DNA from: Lama guanicoe | Lineage: Eukaryota | Length of the DNA: 64,000 nt | Assembly (NCBI GenBank): GCA_013239625.1 | Contig: MU055600.1 | Span: forward strand, 10,701,010 to 10,765,009 | Direction of reading: 5' to 3' | Shown: piece after piece, positions 50,501 through 64,000 of the stretch | Layout: each line of letters starts with the position of its first letter | Numbering within the stretch: position 1 is the stretch's first letter | The notes under the pieces: model-generated | The model's input: the letters and a program-made list of their open reading frames with translations, nothing else | Database searches by the model: none | What the model was told of the DNA's origin: nothing | Program-made: the position numbers and the translations under genes

Positions 50501-53500
50501 CCAGGGCGCCCTGGCAGTGCCTCCCACCACAGAGGGCGAGTCTTCACTCCGCCTGGACAGGACGGTGGTGACTGGGGGAAGGAGAGTTGTTGGAAGAAGA
50601 GTGTGCCACCTCATCCCTACTCCCACCACATTCTCCCTAGAATCAGTTCAGCTTGGGTCAGGCAAGGGAATAATGGATGATGCGGATAGGGTCTTGGTAG
50701 AGACCTGAGCTTGTCCTGGGAGTTGCTCTTTCGGGAGTTTTCCCATTCCACACCCCTCCCCCCAAGCCGTGGTACTCCCCTCTGTCTTTCTCATCTTGGC
50801 CCAAAGGTCCATCTTGGTCAATCTCTTATCCTCTTCTAGCTTCCTCTTCCTAAGAGATGGTGTTCAGGCACTCTCGGTGGTTTTTCCCAAATTGCCTTGC
50901 TCTTAAGTGCTGTGATTTTGGGCAAGTCAGTTCCCCTCTCTGAGTCTTAGTTTTCTCATCCATAACATGGGCTCATGATGGAAAGCACTGAGCTCACAGT
51001 GGATGCCCTATCAATGTTAGAGCTCCTTCTCCCTTAGCAGGGAGGGTAAAACGATTAGGGATAGAACTCAGAACTCGAGGATGTTCTTTTTGTCTGGGGC
51101 AGCCAAATTTGGGTGTCTCATGGCTCCCTAGAGCTAGCTTTTCATCTCTCTTCCAGACAGCTGGGAACTGGAGAGGAAGGGAGGATGTTTCAAAATAGAG
51201 TCAGGGTGGGGGCTGTGGCTAGAACAAAATCTTGGTCAGTGGCTCTGAGAATGGGCCGCTGCAGCTCCTATAGCGCTGGCTCCTTNNNNNNNNNNNNNNN
51301 NNNNNNNNNNNNNNNNNNNNNNNNNNNNNNNNNNNNNNNNNNNNNNNNNNNNNNNNNNNNNNNNNNNNNNNNNNNNNNNNNNNNNNNNNNNNNNNNNNNN
51401 NNNNNNNNNNNNNNNNNNNNNNNNNNNNNNNNNNNNNNNNNNNNNNNNNNNNNNNNNNNNNNNNNNNNNNNNNCCCACGCCAGAGTCAGGTCACGGCTTT
51501 AAGGAGAAGGGTTCGAGGAGCTTGGGGCTAGGCGAGAAAGCTGGGAGCCAGGTGCCTCCAGCTGATGATCCTGCTCTAATGGCCAAGACATTTCTCTGCT
51601 TGGAGAGTGGGAATTGTTATAAAGCACCTCATGGGTGCAGGCAGATTCTACTAACCCTCTCTCATACACATGGCTGTGGCAAGAAAAGGGGCCCTTTCTC
51701 TGAGCCTTTGGCACACCTTGGTTGTGTAGCAGCCTTGCTTTTTCCCACTGGAATCATCCAATAAGTGAAACCAGCAATTACTGAGTGTTAGTTCTTTACC
51801 CAGAGCTGGACCACATCTAGCCTGTAAACTCTGGGAGAATCCTGGACTCTAACCTGAGGCAGGCGGTGCAGTTGGTCTCAAGATAACCCATTTCTGTCTC
51901 TTGAAATATCCCTAAACCACCTTGGATATGGGCAAACAAGATAGAGATGAGAAACGGGGGACTTTGAGGGACTTTTTAAAAACTATTATTTTAAAGTAAA
52001 GGGTCAACTATTTCTTTACATTCAAAATTAAGCATTAATTATAATATGACAAGCCTATCATTATTGTAGATAATAATAATATAAATGCCTTAGAGCAGAT
52101 GTCTTGAGGAATACCAGGTATCTATGTGTTTGAACCAAATAATTGTACATTCATAATATATAATATACCCATTCTTGTATATATGTGGTCTATATACCGA
52201 ATCACACAATTATATGACTATCAGTTATATTAAGGATGGTGGTGGATAGAGGGGGTGCTATAAAAAGATCACTCACTCCCATTTTAAATGTTGCATTGAT
52301 TGAGACCTGTTTTTCATGGTTCACTGTGTGTTGGAGGGAGCATTCCCAAGTAATCACCAGCTAAAGAAACCCCCTACCCTTTTCATTATCTTCCACATTT
52401 TGCACCATGTTTGCCCACTTGAGGCATTTGATAAGTAGGAGAAAGGTACTTTGAAGAGATATAGAACTCTGTGTATCACATCTTCCATTTTTATTTCAAT
52501 TTTTAATTGCCCAGAGCCTAGTTTCTTTGGGCCTCTGCTGATTTGCACATTTGAGAATCATGTGTAAATATGCATGTGGCATGTGTGCACGCCTGGGCTT
52601 CCTTATCACAAAGTGTGCTCTCTCGGTGTTTAAATACACACAATCCACATCGACACACGATTATGGGCTTGCGTATTTGCCTCTTCTCTAGAATCAGGTT
52701 AATTTTCCCTTTGCTAATCCTCAAACCCATTAAGTTCCCCACCCCATCCCCGCCCCCACAAAAAATTGCAAACCCTACCACAGACCAGCGGTCTCACCCC
52801 ACTTCTCCAGCAGGCAGCTTTCCAGGCGGGATGCTGGAGTGAAGGTTCCTATTAGGCAGACTTCATTAATGTTACCAAATATACCCCAGCACATTTACTC
52901 GTCTACTATGAAGTATTATCATAAATAATTAAAATTAAACTACACTTGTCAAAATAAATGAACAAAGTACAGTTAGTGATGTCTTTGCCTTGATTTGCTT
53001 GCCTTGGGTTTGCTTATTCACTAATGTAAAGAAAAGAAGGAAGAGGAAAGGAAAAAGGGGAGGAGAGAAAGAACAGACTGCCATGGGTGGGAAGGGGAGA
53101 GGAGATGTGGAGAGAAAGCAGAGGGAGAGAAAGAGAGGAAACCCCCTCAGTCATCTGCCCCCGGGTTTCCAGTCATTAGGGTACTCTGGGAGGCTGGAAT
53201 GCAGTCTCTAACGTCAGCTCATAATGAATATCGAGGTGTGGATGNNNNNNNNNNNNNNNNNNNNNNNNNNNNNNNNNNNNNNNNNNNNNNNNNNNNNNNN
53301 NNNNNNNNNNNNNNNNNNNNNNNNNNNNNNNNNNNNNNNNNNNNNNNNNNNNNNNNNNNNNNNNNNNNNNNNNNNNNNNNNNNNNNNNNNNNNNNNNNNN
53401 NNNNNNNNNNNNNNNNCAAGTCCATGTGTTTGTGAGATGTACACAGCCCCATTTCCCCATGTGCTCTGGCCCCTTTCTCCACTGTGACCCTTGAAAAGGG

Positions 53501-56249
53501 TGTAAACCTTTACATCAAGGAGATCACAGGCTACGGAAAATCAGTCAGGGGTTGAGACCTTTGTATGTATATGTGTGTGATATACTGCCACATACTTACA
53601 CACCTTCATATAGATATATTATTAGAAGCATGATTTTCATATAGAAATGGATCATAGGTGTACAGTTCTATGGGTTCTGACCAATGCATTTATACCCATG
53701 TAACCAACACTCAAAATAGTATTTCCCTCACTCCAGAAAAGTCCCTCCTGCCTCTTCTCAGTCAATCCCTGCCCAATCCCCTTCTAACATCTCTTATCAT
53801 GGAGTCCTCTGGCCTATCTAGAATTTCATATACATAGACTATATGCCAGGACTTTTAGATTTCACTTTTGCAGTTGCATTGGGCTTGTATTAAACATTTT
53901 TCCCTTGGATGGGCCCAGAAGTCAGATCTGTAATTAGATTTTTTTGGTGGGGTGGCTGGCTTGGGGTGGTCTTCCATCAGGACAGCCCTGATCTCACCCA
54001 AGAGTCTCTTAATGATGGGGGACAGGTGAGGCTCACATATTCCAACCTGCCTCCCATCAGTGGCATCCAGGAGCTGATGGAGCGCTATTAATGGAAGGTG
54101 CCGGCTTTGTGCTAATTAGAACTTCCTTTCAATTTCCATCTGCACAGGCACTGGAGCCCCTCAATGGTCAGCCTCACTTCCCTCCAACAGCTTGCAACCT
54201 AGCTTTTGTTCCCCTCCATGAATTAGGGGGTGTTATAAGTGGAGCTGCTCTCCTCTGTCTCTGGCCAAACCCGGGTTCTTTGTGTGTTGCAGGAATGTAT
54301 CAGGTGGCACTTCTTGAGCCTTCTCTGTCTTGTTAAAGTGGAGATAGACTGCAAGTTGGAAAGGTGGTTGGGCACCATGGCCATTCCCCCAGGCTAGGCT
54401 GGTCTCACACTCTTTGACTTGGGTTTATTTTGAAAAGGACCTTTCTCCCTTGCCCTCTGAAGAGTGTGGCTTCAGACCTTTGTCCCATCTATTACCCCCA
54501 TTCCTGGTGTCTCCCAAGCCTAGTTGCATCCACCCTATCTCAACCTTCAGCTGCCATTTTTGCTGTGTTAGGCAGTTAGGTGGGGGCTGTCTCCCTGGCC
54601 CTCTTCTGAAAAAGCCCGAACTTTTTTTTTCCATTTTGCTTTTTCTTTCTTTCACCTCTGGCTCAGTGTACATAATTTTTTAAGTAGAGATTGTCTCTTA
54701 TAGAAGTTTCACTTTAAAAGAAGAGAAGCATTAACGTCATGTTAATGTCATTTAAAGAAAAAGCACCTCTCAGCTTGGAGGCTGGGGGAGTTACAGCTTC
54801 CTGTCTGATTATCAATTGGGATGAAATCTCTCGCTGGGGAACCAATGACGATGGGCATTTCCTCGCAATGCTCCTCTTTTTAGCTCCTGAATCCCCTCAG
54901 GTCTTCATTGGGGTTGTGTGTAAAAATATCATGCCCTCCCTGCCCTTTCATCTCATTTTCTCCTGCTGGAATTATCCTGATCATAATACAGGTCACCCAC
55001 TTCTTTGTGTAAACTGGGATTTTAAAAATCAGCAGTGGATTATTGGCCAGCACGAGGCTTCACCAGATTCCCTTGAGGTTCTGGACCCAGAAATTCCCCA
55101 ACACCAGTCATGAGGCTAGCAGGAAGACTTGCTCTCCTCCATGGCCTTTTCTACCCCTAGGGGTGACAATCCTAAATTGAGGCACTAGAGTACAAGACTC
55201 GGGGCTATCCTGGACAGGGTTAATAAACCAGCAATCCAAATTCCAGAAGAGCAGCAGCTGGGGGGTGGGGGAGGAATACTCACACCTGTGAGGCAGGGTT
55301 TTGGGACATGCTTAAGCCATTACAACTCAATGTATCCTTGACAAGTTACATCACCTCTCTGCACTTCTATTTCCCCATCTGTGAAAGGGGGATAATAATA
55401 CCCTTACCTCCAGGGGTCAAATGAAAATTAAGTAAAATACCCAAATGAAGTGCCTGGCATACAATAGGTGCTGAGTAAATGATAGCTCTTTCTCTGAGGT
55501 TGGACAGGGGGTGCACATGAATGTTTAGATCTGAAATTCAAACCTCCACCCTCTAGAGACAGAGTGAAAGCACCGGTGGATGTCCAGAATCTCCTGAAAG
55601 AACTGACCACTGCCTGCCATGCCCATTGGGCCCCTGAATTGTGAAGTGAAACAGGACTCCAAGGAGGGCCCCGTTTGGGGCGAGGTGTTGGAACCTGTGT
55701 AAAGTTCCAAGTTTGGCTGGCTGCGGAGGAGGACATATAAGTGTCTTTATAGACTTGAAGGGAGCCGGGTAGGGATTGACTTTCTCCACCAAGAGGGCGT
55801 CGCCAGAAGGTCCTTGTTAGGGATTTCTAACAGTTGGCGCCTGGGATCCCAGCTCCTCCGACAGGTTCTAAGTCTCAGGATTCATGAACATTGCTGGGGG
55901 ATGGGGAGCCAGAGTCACCCTCATCCCGGGGTGGTCGCTGGCAGGTTCTGAGCGATGCGCTGGGCTCAAGGTGCCCTACCTCACGGTTCTCCATTTCCGG
56001 AGCTCCAGCTCCGAGAGAGCAGGAGTTTGCTCCGGAGGGCGGCCTCCAGCAGCATCCTTACAGTGGCTGGATACCTGGCCCTCTGGCGAGTAAGGAGCTC
56101 CGGGCTGGGACAGAATCCCCCTTAGCCAGTACCCCACCGGGCTTCCTTCCCTCTCGCGTCCTGGGCGGGCGAGACTGAGGTGTGGAAAAGCCTAGCAGCC
56201 TCCCAGGGCTGTGGTCATGACCTGAAAGACGCATGTGCCCCCTGACCCG

Positions 56250-58200
56250 ACCTTCCAGTGGACCAGGGCGCGCTGCAGGGCGGGCATGGGCGGGGGTGAG
56301 GGGTGGGCGCCTGATGTCTCCGCTCTGTTTTACAGCTATTCCCCAGCAAGCGCTACCCTCCTAGGCGCTGTTCCACCTGTGCCCGGCGCTCTCTTCGCGG
56401 GCACGAACTAGCCGTGGGCACCGGCTCTCTCGTAGCAAGGCGCACCTGATGAAAGGTGAGTGACCAGAGCCAGGATGTGGGAGAAGCTGTCTAACTGCAC
56501 CCCAACTGTGTCCCCCGTGTCTCCAAGAACGGGCTCGCCAGCTGGCAGTTCGGAGGTTGCGCGATTCTAAGATTAAGATGGTGCAGCGCCTGTGTTTTAA
56601 CCTGAGTCACCAGAAAGGCGCCCCTTCCTCCCTAAACCCGGACCCAGTGCCACCCCCAACCCCAACGCCCGTGAAATGGCATTAACAGTACACTTACTGG
56701 ATTGTTGTGCTTTGGGATACAATTCGACAGAGCTGACGCAGAGCGCAGCGTTGTAGCATACAGTAGGCGCCAGGTAAACGCGGCCCTGGCGGTTCCGGCT
56801 TCCGACAAGCCTTCTTAGACACCCGGGCTCTCCTCGTCGGTTTACCGCAGGATTCCAAAGCGAGCAGTCGGCAGAGCCTTACCCCTCCGCCAGGGGATGC
56901 GCGGCGGCTGCCCGCCGCCCGCCCGGCGTCTGGCTGGCCCCGGAAGGGCTGGGGCCTGTGCCCGCACCCCCACTCCCCAGGCTGCAGAAAGGGTAGTAAC
57001 CGGTACAGACTCGGGGTCCGTAGTGGGGCGAGAGTCTAAGCAAAGCCAGAATCCGTTTTAGGTAGTCGCACGTCGTGTACACCAGGGAACTGCCTGGGCC
57101 TACGGCCTTCATAACCAGAAGCGCCCGCAGGCCCCAGAGCGCGGGAGTGGGGGCGCACAAACGAGACGCCGGGCCAAGGAAAGGCGCTGGCCAAGGGCTG
57201 CGGGAAGGGCGGCGGCAGGCCCACGGCCGTGACCCCCCCGGCCTGCGCCGCGGCTCGGGGAAGGCGCGGGGCCGGGAGGCCATTTTGAGAGCGCGAGGAG
57301 CGGCAGCAAGATGGCTGCGTGGGCACGAGGTAGGTCGCGGCGCCGCCGGGCCCCGCCGAGCCGCAACTAGCTTTCGCTGCGCCGCGGGCCCACAGAAGCG
57401 GAACGCGAGTCGAGCGCGCCCGGCTCCGCGGTGTCTCGGCCAGCGCTCGCGCCGGCCAGGCCCTCCTGGTATTCGTTACCCTACAGGGCCTTGCGAGAGA
57501 ACGCCGCTGTCCTCCTTCTCACCTCCCCCCACGGACCCTCCGTCGCGGCTGCCCGCGTCCCCGGGCCGCTACGTGCGCTTCCGGCCGGAGCCGCGGGCCG
57601 GGGAGGTGCTCGTCGCGGCTGCTGCGTAAAGAGAGGCGTCTGGGCTGAGCCCGCCTCACTTACCTGCATCAGGCTAGGGCTGAGACGGCCTTCTCCCGGC
57701 CGAGCGGGCGCTACCGGGCCTGAGCCGGCCGGAAGGAATACTGTTATTTTGGAGCCAGGAACCTCGGGCGCTTCGCACTCTTGTTTCCGGGGAATGCCAG
57801 GCGCGTGGCTAACGCCCGCTTTTTCTTGAAACCGCGAGGCCTGAGTGTCGAAGGACGAGGCCACCCTTCCCGGGACCGCGGGTGGTCCAGAGCGCAGTCC
57901 GGGCCAGGGAGCTGAGAGCCCCGCCGCCGAGGCAGGCGGCAGCCTGGCGAGGGCCTCGGCGTCGCTGGTGTGGCTAGGGGCTGAGGTCGGGCCTGGAGGC
58001 TCCGTTTGCATCATCTCGGGCTGCTTTGGGTCCGTTGCTTCCTCCGCTGGCCCGATGGAGCAGCAACTGTGATCTCGCCCCTCCAGGCCTCCGCCCAAAT
58101 GTCAGAGTGTGGCTCTTCTGCGCGCCGCACCTCCAAACTGGTTGAATAATTTAAGCTCAGTCGCTATGGTTCTAACTGCCCCAGTTGACCCACCGTCGCA
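56250..58200. promoter_or_regulatory. CpG island with paired YY1 motifs, possible internal promoter of the MIR9-3 host lncRNA
   Basis: Very CpG-rich. GCCATTTTG at 57279-57287 and CAAGATGGCTGC at 57307-57318. Donor-like GAG|gtaggt at 57330. Confidence 0.6.
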
Positions 58201-61200
58201 CTGAGGCAGGTTCCACGCGTATGCGTTTGTACAAACTGACCAAGAAACTCCAGTAAAGTTCATTGTATTTGAGTCCTGATTTATGCCTGACCGGGTGCTA
58301 AGCATTGCACGTGCATTAGGGCCTCGGCTTGATAAACAGGGTGATGATTCCCTTTTTGTGATTTTGGCCATAGCTAGGGTGTGGCAGAGCCAGGATGGGG
58401 ATTCAGGGCTGTCTGCCCCAAAGCCCGAGTGCTTAACCACGAGCTTCGGGCTTGCATACAACAAATACAGGGATTCATCATCGTTGTCTCACCTGTCAAA
58501 CAAGCACCAAGCCTGTCCTGAATCCCATCCCCACATCCCCATCCCTACATCACATGTGAGGGCTCACATATGAGGGCTCTCCTGTTACCCTACCCCTAAC
58601 CTTCTGGCCTAAAGCTCTGGTCTAAAATAGATGTTATGACTTAATACTGTGGTTGTTCTGAGCCTCCTGGCAGTCAAGACAAAGAAGAAAGTATGATATT
58701 CAAAAAAGGAAGTCCATCAGGATTTTTAGAGATATGAACATTTTTACAAACATAATATTTATAGAAAATATAAAGCTTGGTAATTATGTAGGTTAACTGC
58801 AATTGCCACAGATGAGAAATTGGCCCATAGAGGTTAAGAAAATTTCCCCAAGAGCACGGAGTGGGACCCAGGGATCCTGATTCCCATTCCAGTTTCTCTC
58901 CTCTCATGATCAGGCTTTAGTAGGCTTCTCAACAGTGATTTAGTTGTGTTTAGTGACCCCTCCATCCCCCACTATAAACTCCTCAGACTTGCAGCTGTCT
59001 TGTTCCTTTCTTTGCCCGATTCCTAGTGCTGGGCCAGGCTCATCATTGTGGGTGTCTGTAAATATTTGATGAATGAGTGAGTGGTTCTCTCTTAAAGGCT
59101 CTGGTACTGAAGACATAGGGATAGTGGTGGAGAGAAATTCCGGTTTCAGTTCTCTGGGAGGACTTTGTCTTTTGAATGTTATACTCCTGAGCCCATGGAT
59201 TCCCTAGACCTTTCGCTTTTAGCAAATGGTGTGAACTGGGTAGTGTATTTCCCCTTTTGGCAGTTGTCCAGCTCCTAACTGACCTATCACATTGTTGGAC
59301 GTAATGAGAAGGAGTCATTTCTCTCTTGAAGGGACGATGTTGTCAGTAAGACCTGCTGGTCCAATTATGTGAACTAAGGAGGGTTTACCAATGACCCCAG
59401 CACAGCTGCCATGAGACCTGGTGGACCCATTCTTTTGTACTCTTTGGGTGGAGAGCCGGCCCTCTGTGCCTGCCTAGGTTTGGTTCATGTGGCTTAAGCA
59501 CAAATCACAGAATGTGGCTTATCATATCCCCAGAATTTACACAGATTAGCAGATTTCTATGGCTTCCAAAAGGTATCCTTTGAACCCCTGGCATGATAAC
59601 TGTACGTGCTGAATTAATTTAGTGAGCCTGCCACAGGCCAGATTCTCTGAAACTTTGTACTGGAAAGTTGTCACCCCCCTGTTTGTGTGTGTGTGGGGGG
59701 GGTCTGCTTCCTGGTGAGGAACCTCTGTTGGCAGAAGGACTCCCAACAGATCCCGGCCAAATCCTGACCATTGTCTTTGGGCAGGCTCTGCCCAGGAAAA
59801 GCAGGGTGCAGAGCTGGGGCCACTTTATAGCTAAAGCCTCAGCTGTGGAAGAAAAACAGGGTTCAGCTCCCCAGATTAGTTACTATCTACAAGGATTAAA
59901 GGGCCCAAATAATGNNNNNNNNNNNNNNNNNNNNNNNNNNNNNNNNNNNNNNNNNNNNNNNNNNNNNNNNNNNNNNNNNNNNNNNNNNNNNNNNNNNNNN
60001 NNNNNNNNNNNNNNNNNNNNNNNNNNNNNNNNNNNNNNNNNNNNNNNNNNNNNNNNNNNNNNNNNNNNNNNNNNNNNNNNNNNNNNNNNNNNNNNNNNNN
60101 NNNNNNNNNNNNNNNNNNNNNNNNNNNNNNNNNNNNNNNNNNNNNNNNNNNNNNNNNNNNNNNNNNNNNNNNNNNNNNNNNNNNNNNNNNTCTGCCTTCT
60201 TTTTCTGACCTTTCATTTTAAATGGGTGCATGTCCTTGTTCTCACTGGAGGCCTCAGGATGCTTGTCACTTAGCCTGATAGTTCTCATCCATCCCACTCA
60301 TCTTTTTATAATCGGATAGAACCCACCATTCAGCTGCTCCTGGCTCCTTTTCTGAGATTTTCGCCCTTCCTAGGGGGAGATATAAGCCCTGCTGTTCTCA
60401 GAGTATTAAAACCAACTCCTTCTCTGATCTGAACCTTCTTTTGTTTCCCTGAGTTTCTGGTACCTCTGGTGCTAGTCATAAAGAAGATCTTAGAGTCGAC
60501 TGGACCCACATCAGCCTCTGCATTTTGTAGGTGAATTAAATGCAGGCACTTGCTTGCTGAATAGGCACTGTCCAAAATATTCTCCCCATTCACAGCAATA
60601 TAGCTGAGGCCTAGATGTTAAAGTGACTTTTCCCACAAGTTAAAATCAGGACTCAAAGGAGAACCTGTCTCCTAATTGCTATAAAAGTGTTTTATACACT
60701 GAGCCACAGTGCCTTTCTTTGCAGAGAAAATATAATCAGAGACCATCTGGGTGGGAGAGAAAGAGAATGAAGGGAAAGAGATGGATCAGAGTGGAATAAA
60801 GGAAGTGGGCAGNNNNNNNNNNNNNNNNNNNNNNNNNNNNNNNNNNNNNNNNNNNNNNNNNNNNNNNNNNNNNNNNNNNNNNNNNNNNNNNNNNNNNNNN
60901 NNNNNNNNNNNNNNNNNNNNNNNNNNNNNNNNNNNNNNNNNNNNNNNNNNNNNNNNNNNNNNNNNNNNNNNNNNNNNNNNNNNNNNNNNNNNNNNNNNNN
61001 NNNNNNNNNNNNNNNNNNNNNNNNNNNNNNNNGTGGTAGAAAAATCACCAGACCCAGTGCTGGAATGTGGGTATTTACAACCCATAGGAACCAGGTGGCC
61101 CTGCTCAGGGGTGGCACACACAGAGGTCCTCATAGAGACTTGACTCCCACGAAGAAGTCTCCCAGAACCTCCTTCCTGTTGCTTTCTGTTGGTCTTTGTT

Positions 61201-64000
61201 CCAGAGCTTGTGATGTCAAGTATATCTATTATTTCTCCTCCTTGGGTTGTCCATTTCAAGTAGCTTTATGTTGCAGTCCCCCTGAATTTGATTTATCATA
61301 AAATGATCTATTTCATAGGCCGTGAGTATTTATTGTGAGACCAAAAGGAAGGGCTGATGGGCTCAGCTGTAGGGATGGAGTTTGGGGCTTCCTTTTCTAC
61401 CCCAGTGCCCTCCCCTTAGATACTTGGGCCACATCCTCATCTGAAAATGAGGGAAGTTGCTGGAGTCAAGAGTTGCGCTGTCCCGTATGCTAACCACTGT
61501 TGGTCCCATGAGATGTGGTCAGTGCAACAGGCTGAAGTGGTAATACTGGGTTAAATAAGATATATTATTAAAATTAGTTTTACCTCTTCTTACTTTTTGA
61601 TATGGCTTCTAGAAAATTTTAAATGATATATTTCACCCATATTTTCATTGGGTTAGACTCGAGAAGCAAGACTTCTGTCAGCCTCAGTGCTCAGTAACTA
61701 ATCTTGATCTACACCTGGTTGGTTTCTGGCCACAGCTCTGTGCACAGAAGGCCATGGAAAAGCCAGGCTGGAGACCAATACAGAGGCTCAGGCCTTATGG
61801 AGCTTTTAGGAGAGTGCCTGGTACAGCCTCTTAAATGGGGGTTACCCCTCAGTATTTCAAGGCAGAAGACCTGAATCTGCATGCAGCATCATGTTTTTCA
61901 TCTTTTAGGGTGGGGGAAGAGAGCCAGTGGGTAAGGCCCAGAAGAGTCCTTGCTTGGAGGTTTAGCAGCGCCCTGTGGAGTTTGTGTGGGCCCAAATGTA
62001 GGTGACAGGAGAATTGTGCTGGGGTGGAACCCTACCGCCATCCCTGTTCTCACAGGGATATCGTCGTCTCCCAGATGTGTGGAAACCACCGGACATGAGA
62101 AGGCAGCCATGCCTCCCAGCTTCCTGCCAAACCCACTTTAAGCAGATCTCCTTTGGCCTGAGGGCTCTTCATTGCCCCTCTTCTCACCGCCCCTCCTCTC
62201 TTCTGCCTCTGCTGCTCTCTGTGAGCTGAAGCTTCTGGGATGCACCTTGGCTCAGAGCCAGCATCTACTTGGAGAAGCCTCCTGCCCTGGCTCCTTGCCA
62301 AGCCTCGGGTCTTCAGAGAGATTTTTCGGGGAGGGGTTGCCCATTGGACTCATCCTGCTGTCAGAGGGCAGAGGGTCCTTCTCACCTTGGAGGACTCCTG
62401 GCCGTGGGTCCAGCCTTACTCTAGTCCCCTTCCCCTCTCAGAAACTTCCGTGTCCTGCCCTGGAACCCTGGACTGCGTTAAGGGCCTCTGAGCTCCAGTA
62501 AGTCTTAAGATGATGAAAAGAAGGCCCCTCACATGAGCCAAGGAGGTGAGGAGTGGGCAGCCAGGAAATCATAATGAGTCATGATAATGGTGACAGGAAC
62601 CATTTATTGAGCACTTATGCTGTGCCAAGTTCTGTGCTAAAGCTTTGCATACTTAATCTCCTTTAAGGCCCGTCTCTTGGGGAGCAGAAAGAAAGATAAA
62701 TGTAATCTAGGGTCTGCCCTTCTTTTCTAAGCCAGATGCCATTGGGGTGAATGCATATGGGGTATGTCTCAGAAGCTACAGCCCTTGGGTAGATGGCAGT
62801 CTGAGTCCCCTGTGAATCCTCATCTCCTGAGGAGTCAGCCTGGACTTGGGTAGCCACATGAGCTCATGAGCTAAAGTATGGCTCTGAAGTACCTCCTGCT
62901 TTGGGTTGGCAATATACCTGGAGGATCTGTGTAGGAGGGCTTAGCGCTGGGTCCCTAGGAGCCTTGGCGATGTGCTCAGAGGAGTGAGAAACACCCCACC
63001 CAGGCCTGGCTTTCTCCTGATTGTCACTGTGGTCCACAGCCTGGCTGTGCTTCAGTCTGTAAAATCAAGGGTTGGCTCAAGCCCACCTGTCTGCCTGTGG
63101 TGCCAAGGCATTGCACCTGCCCAGGGCGAGGCTGAGCCTCTGCTTTTCGCAATGTTACATCCCCTGAGGTAGCATTCAGTCTTTTGGAGGAGAGACACCA
63201 TGTCCTCTGTCTAGTCTCATCTAGTCCTTAAGCATAAAATGTTAGACCTTCTTCCTCTCCACCCAGTTTGGTGGCACAGGATGGGAGAGGTAGTGCGTAC
63301 CTCTGAGGGTGTGTCATTTCCCTGAGGAGTGCTGAGAAAGGGGGTATAACGAGGGGGAGGTCTCCAATTTACATCCAGTCCCTCTCCTTGAGCCTGCAGC
63401 TTCTTTTACCCCATTTTTAGTTGTTTCTAGTCTGCTCTTCTCTCTTCTGCTGTTGGATCAGAGGCTTCAAGATCACAGTGGTGTGAGGCAGTGCGTGTTG
63501 TTCAGTGGGGGTCGGGGTCTGTCTGACCTAGTTCAGACCTCTCTGGCACACTATTTCACCTCTGTCTCTGAGCCAGTTTTCTCATCTGTAAAATTGGGGA
63601 CAGTAATACTTACCAAGAAATGTCAGTTTGCATCCCCCATCTCCTGCCCTAGAGTGGGTTTGTGTGTTGAGGGGAGGAGAATGGCAGAACATGAGTGATG
63701 CAGCAAGGCTCTGATGCAGTGACCATCTCACTGGTGGGTCACACATCTGTAATCAGTGAAGGCACAGGGAAGGCAGCGAGCAAGGGATCAGGCTCAACTG
63801 TCAGTCGCTCTATGGTGAGTTGTAGTGTTTACTGACTGCATCAGCTCCAAGCTCCACGGTGCAGGGAGAACCCCAGGAGAACCCCTGACCTGCTCCCTGA
63901 CCCTTCCAAGTAGAAACCAGCCTAAGGAGACACACATTTAAGGTGTACATAGCTTGACTCAGGCTGTAGGAATTAAGAGAGGAGGAATCTATGTAAGTTG

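Noticed and set aside
56879-58098. ORFs of 130-205 aa in the distal CpG island
   Set aside because: Same compositional artefact. Non-AUG or weak starts and no domain signal.
47064-61259. ORFs spanning N runs (gaps at 47128-47267, 49887-50042, 51286-51473, 53245-53416, 59915-60190, 60813-61032)
   Set aside because: They are open only because N codons contain no stops.

Overview
Mammalian genomic DNA, probably camelid (a Vic-1-like tRNA-derived SINE is present), orthologous to the human FANCI-POLG-MIR9-3HG region. Bases 1 to ~17000 hold POLG (mitochondrial DNA polymerase gamma catalytic subunit) on the minus strand. Coding exons 3-21 are fully traceable with GT-AG boundaries. The 3' end of exon 2 and exons 22-23 fall in N gaps. 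A tRNA-Arg(TCG) gene sits head-to-head with the POLG CpG-island promoter. A repeat-rich intergenic stretch follows, then the CpG islands and hairpin of MIR9-3 and its host lncRNA. The main finding is a second reading frame overlapping POLG exons 2-3. It starts at a CUG in strong Kozak context (16030), 55 nt upstream of the POLG AUG, and is stop-free in all visible sequence. It ends at TGA 12449-12451 in exon 3, giving ~246 aa if the gap adds no indel. This is the orthologue of human POLGARF/ORF-Y: described in human, but missed by AUG-based annotation. A 23-codon uORF precedes it, and the start region looks MIR-derived. Comparisons with human sequence and repeat consensus names are from memory, not database searches.
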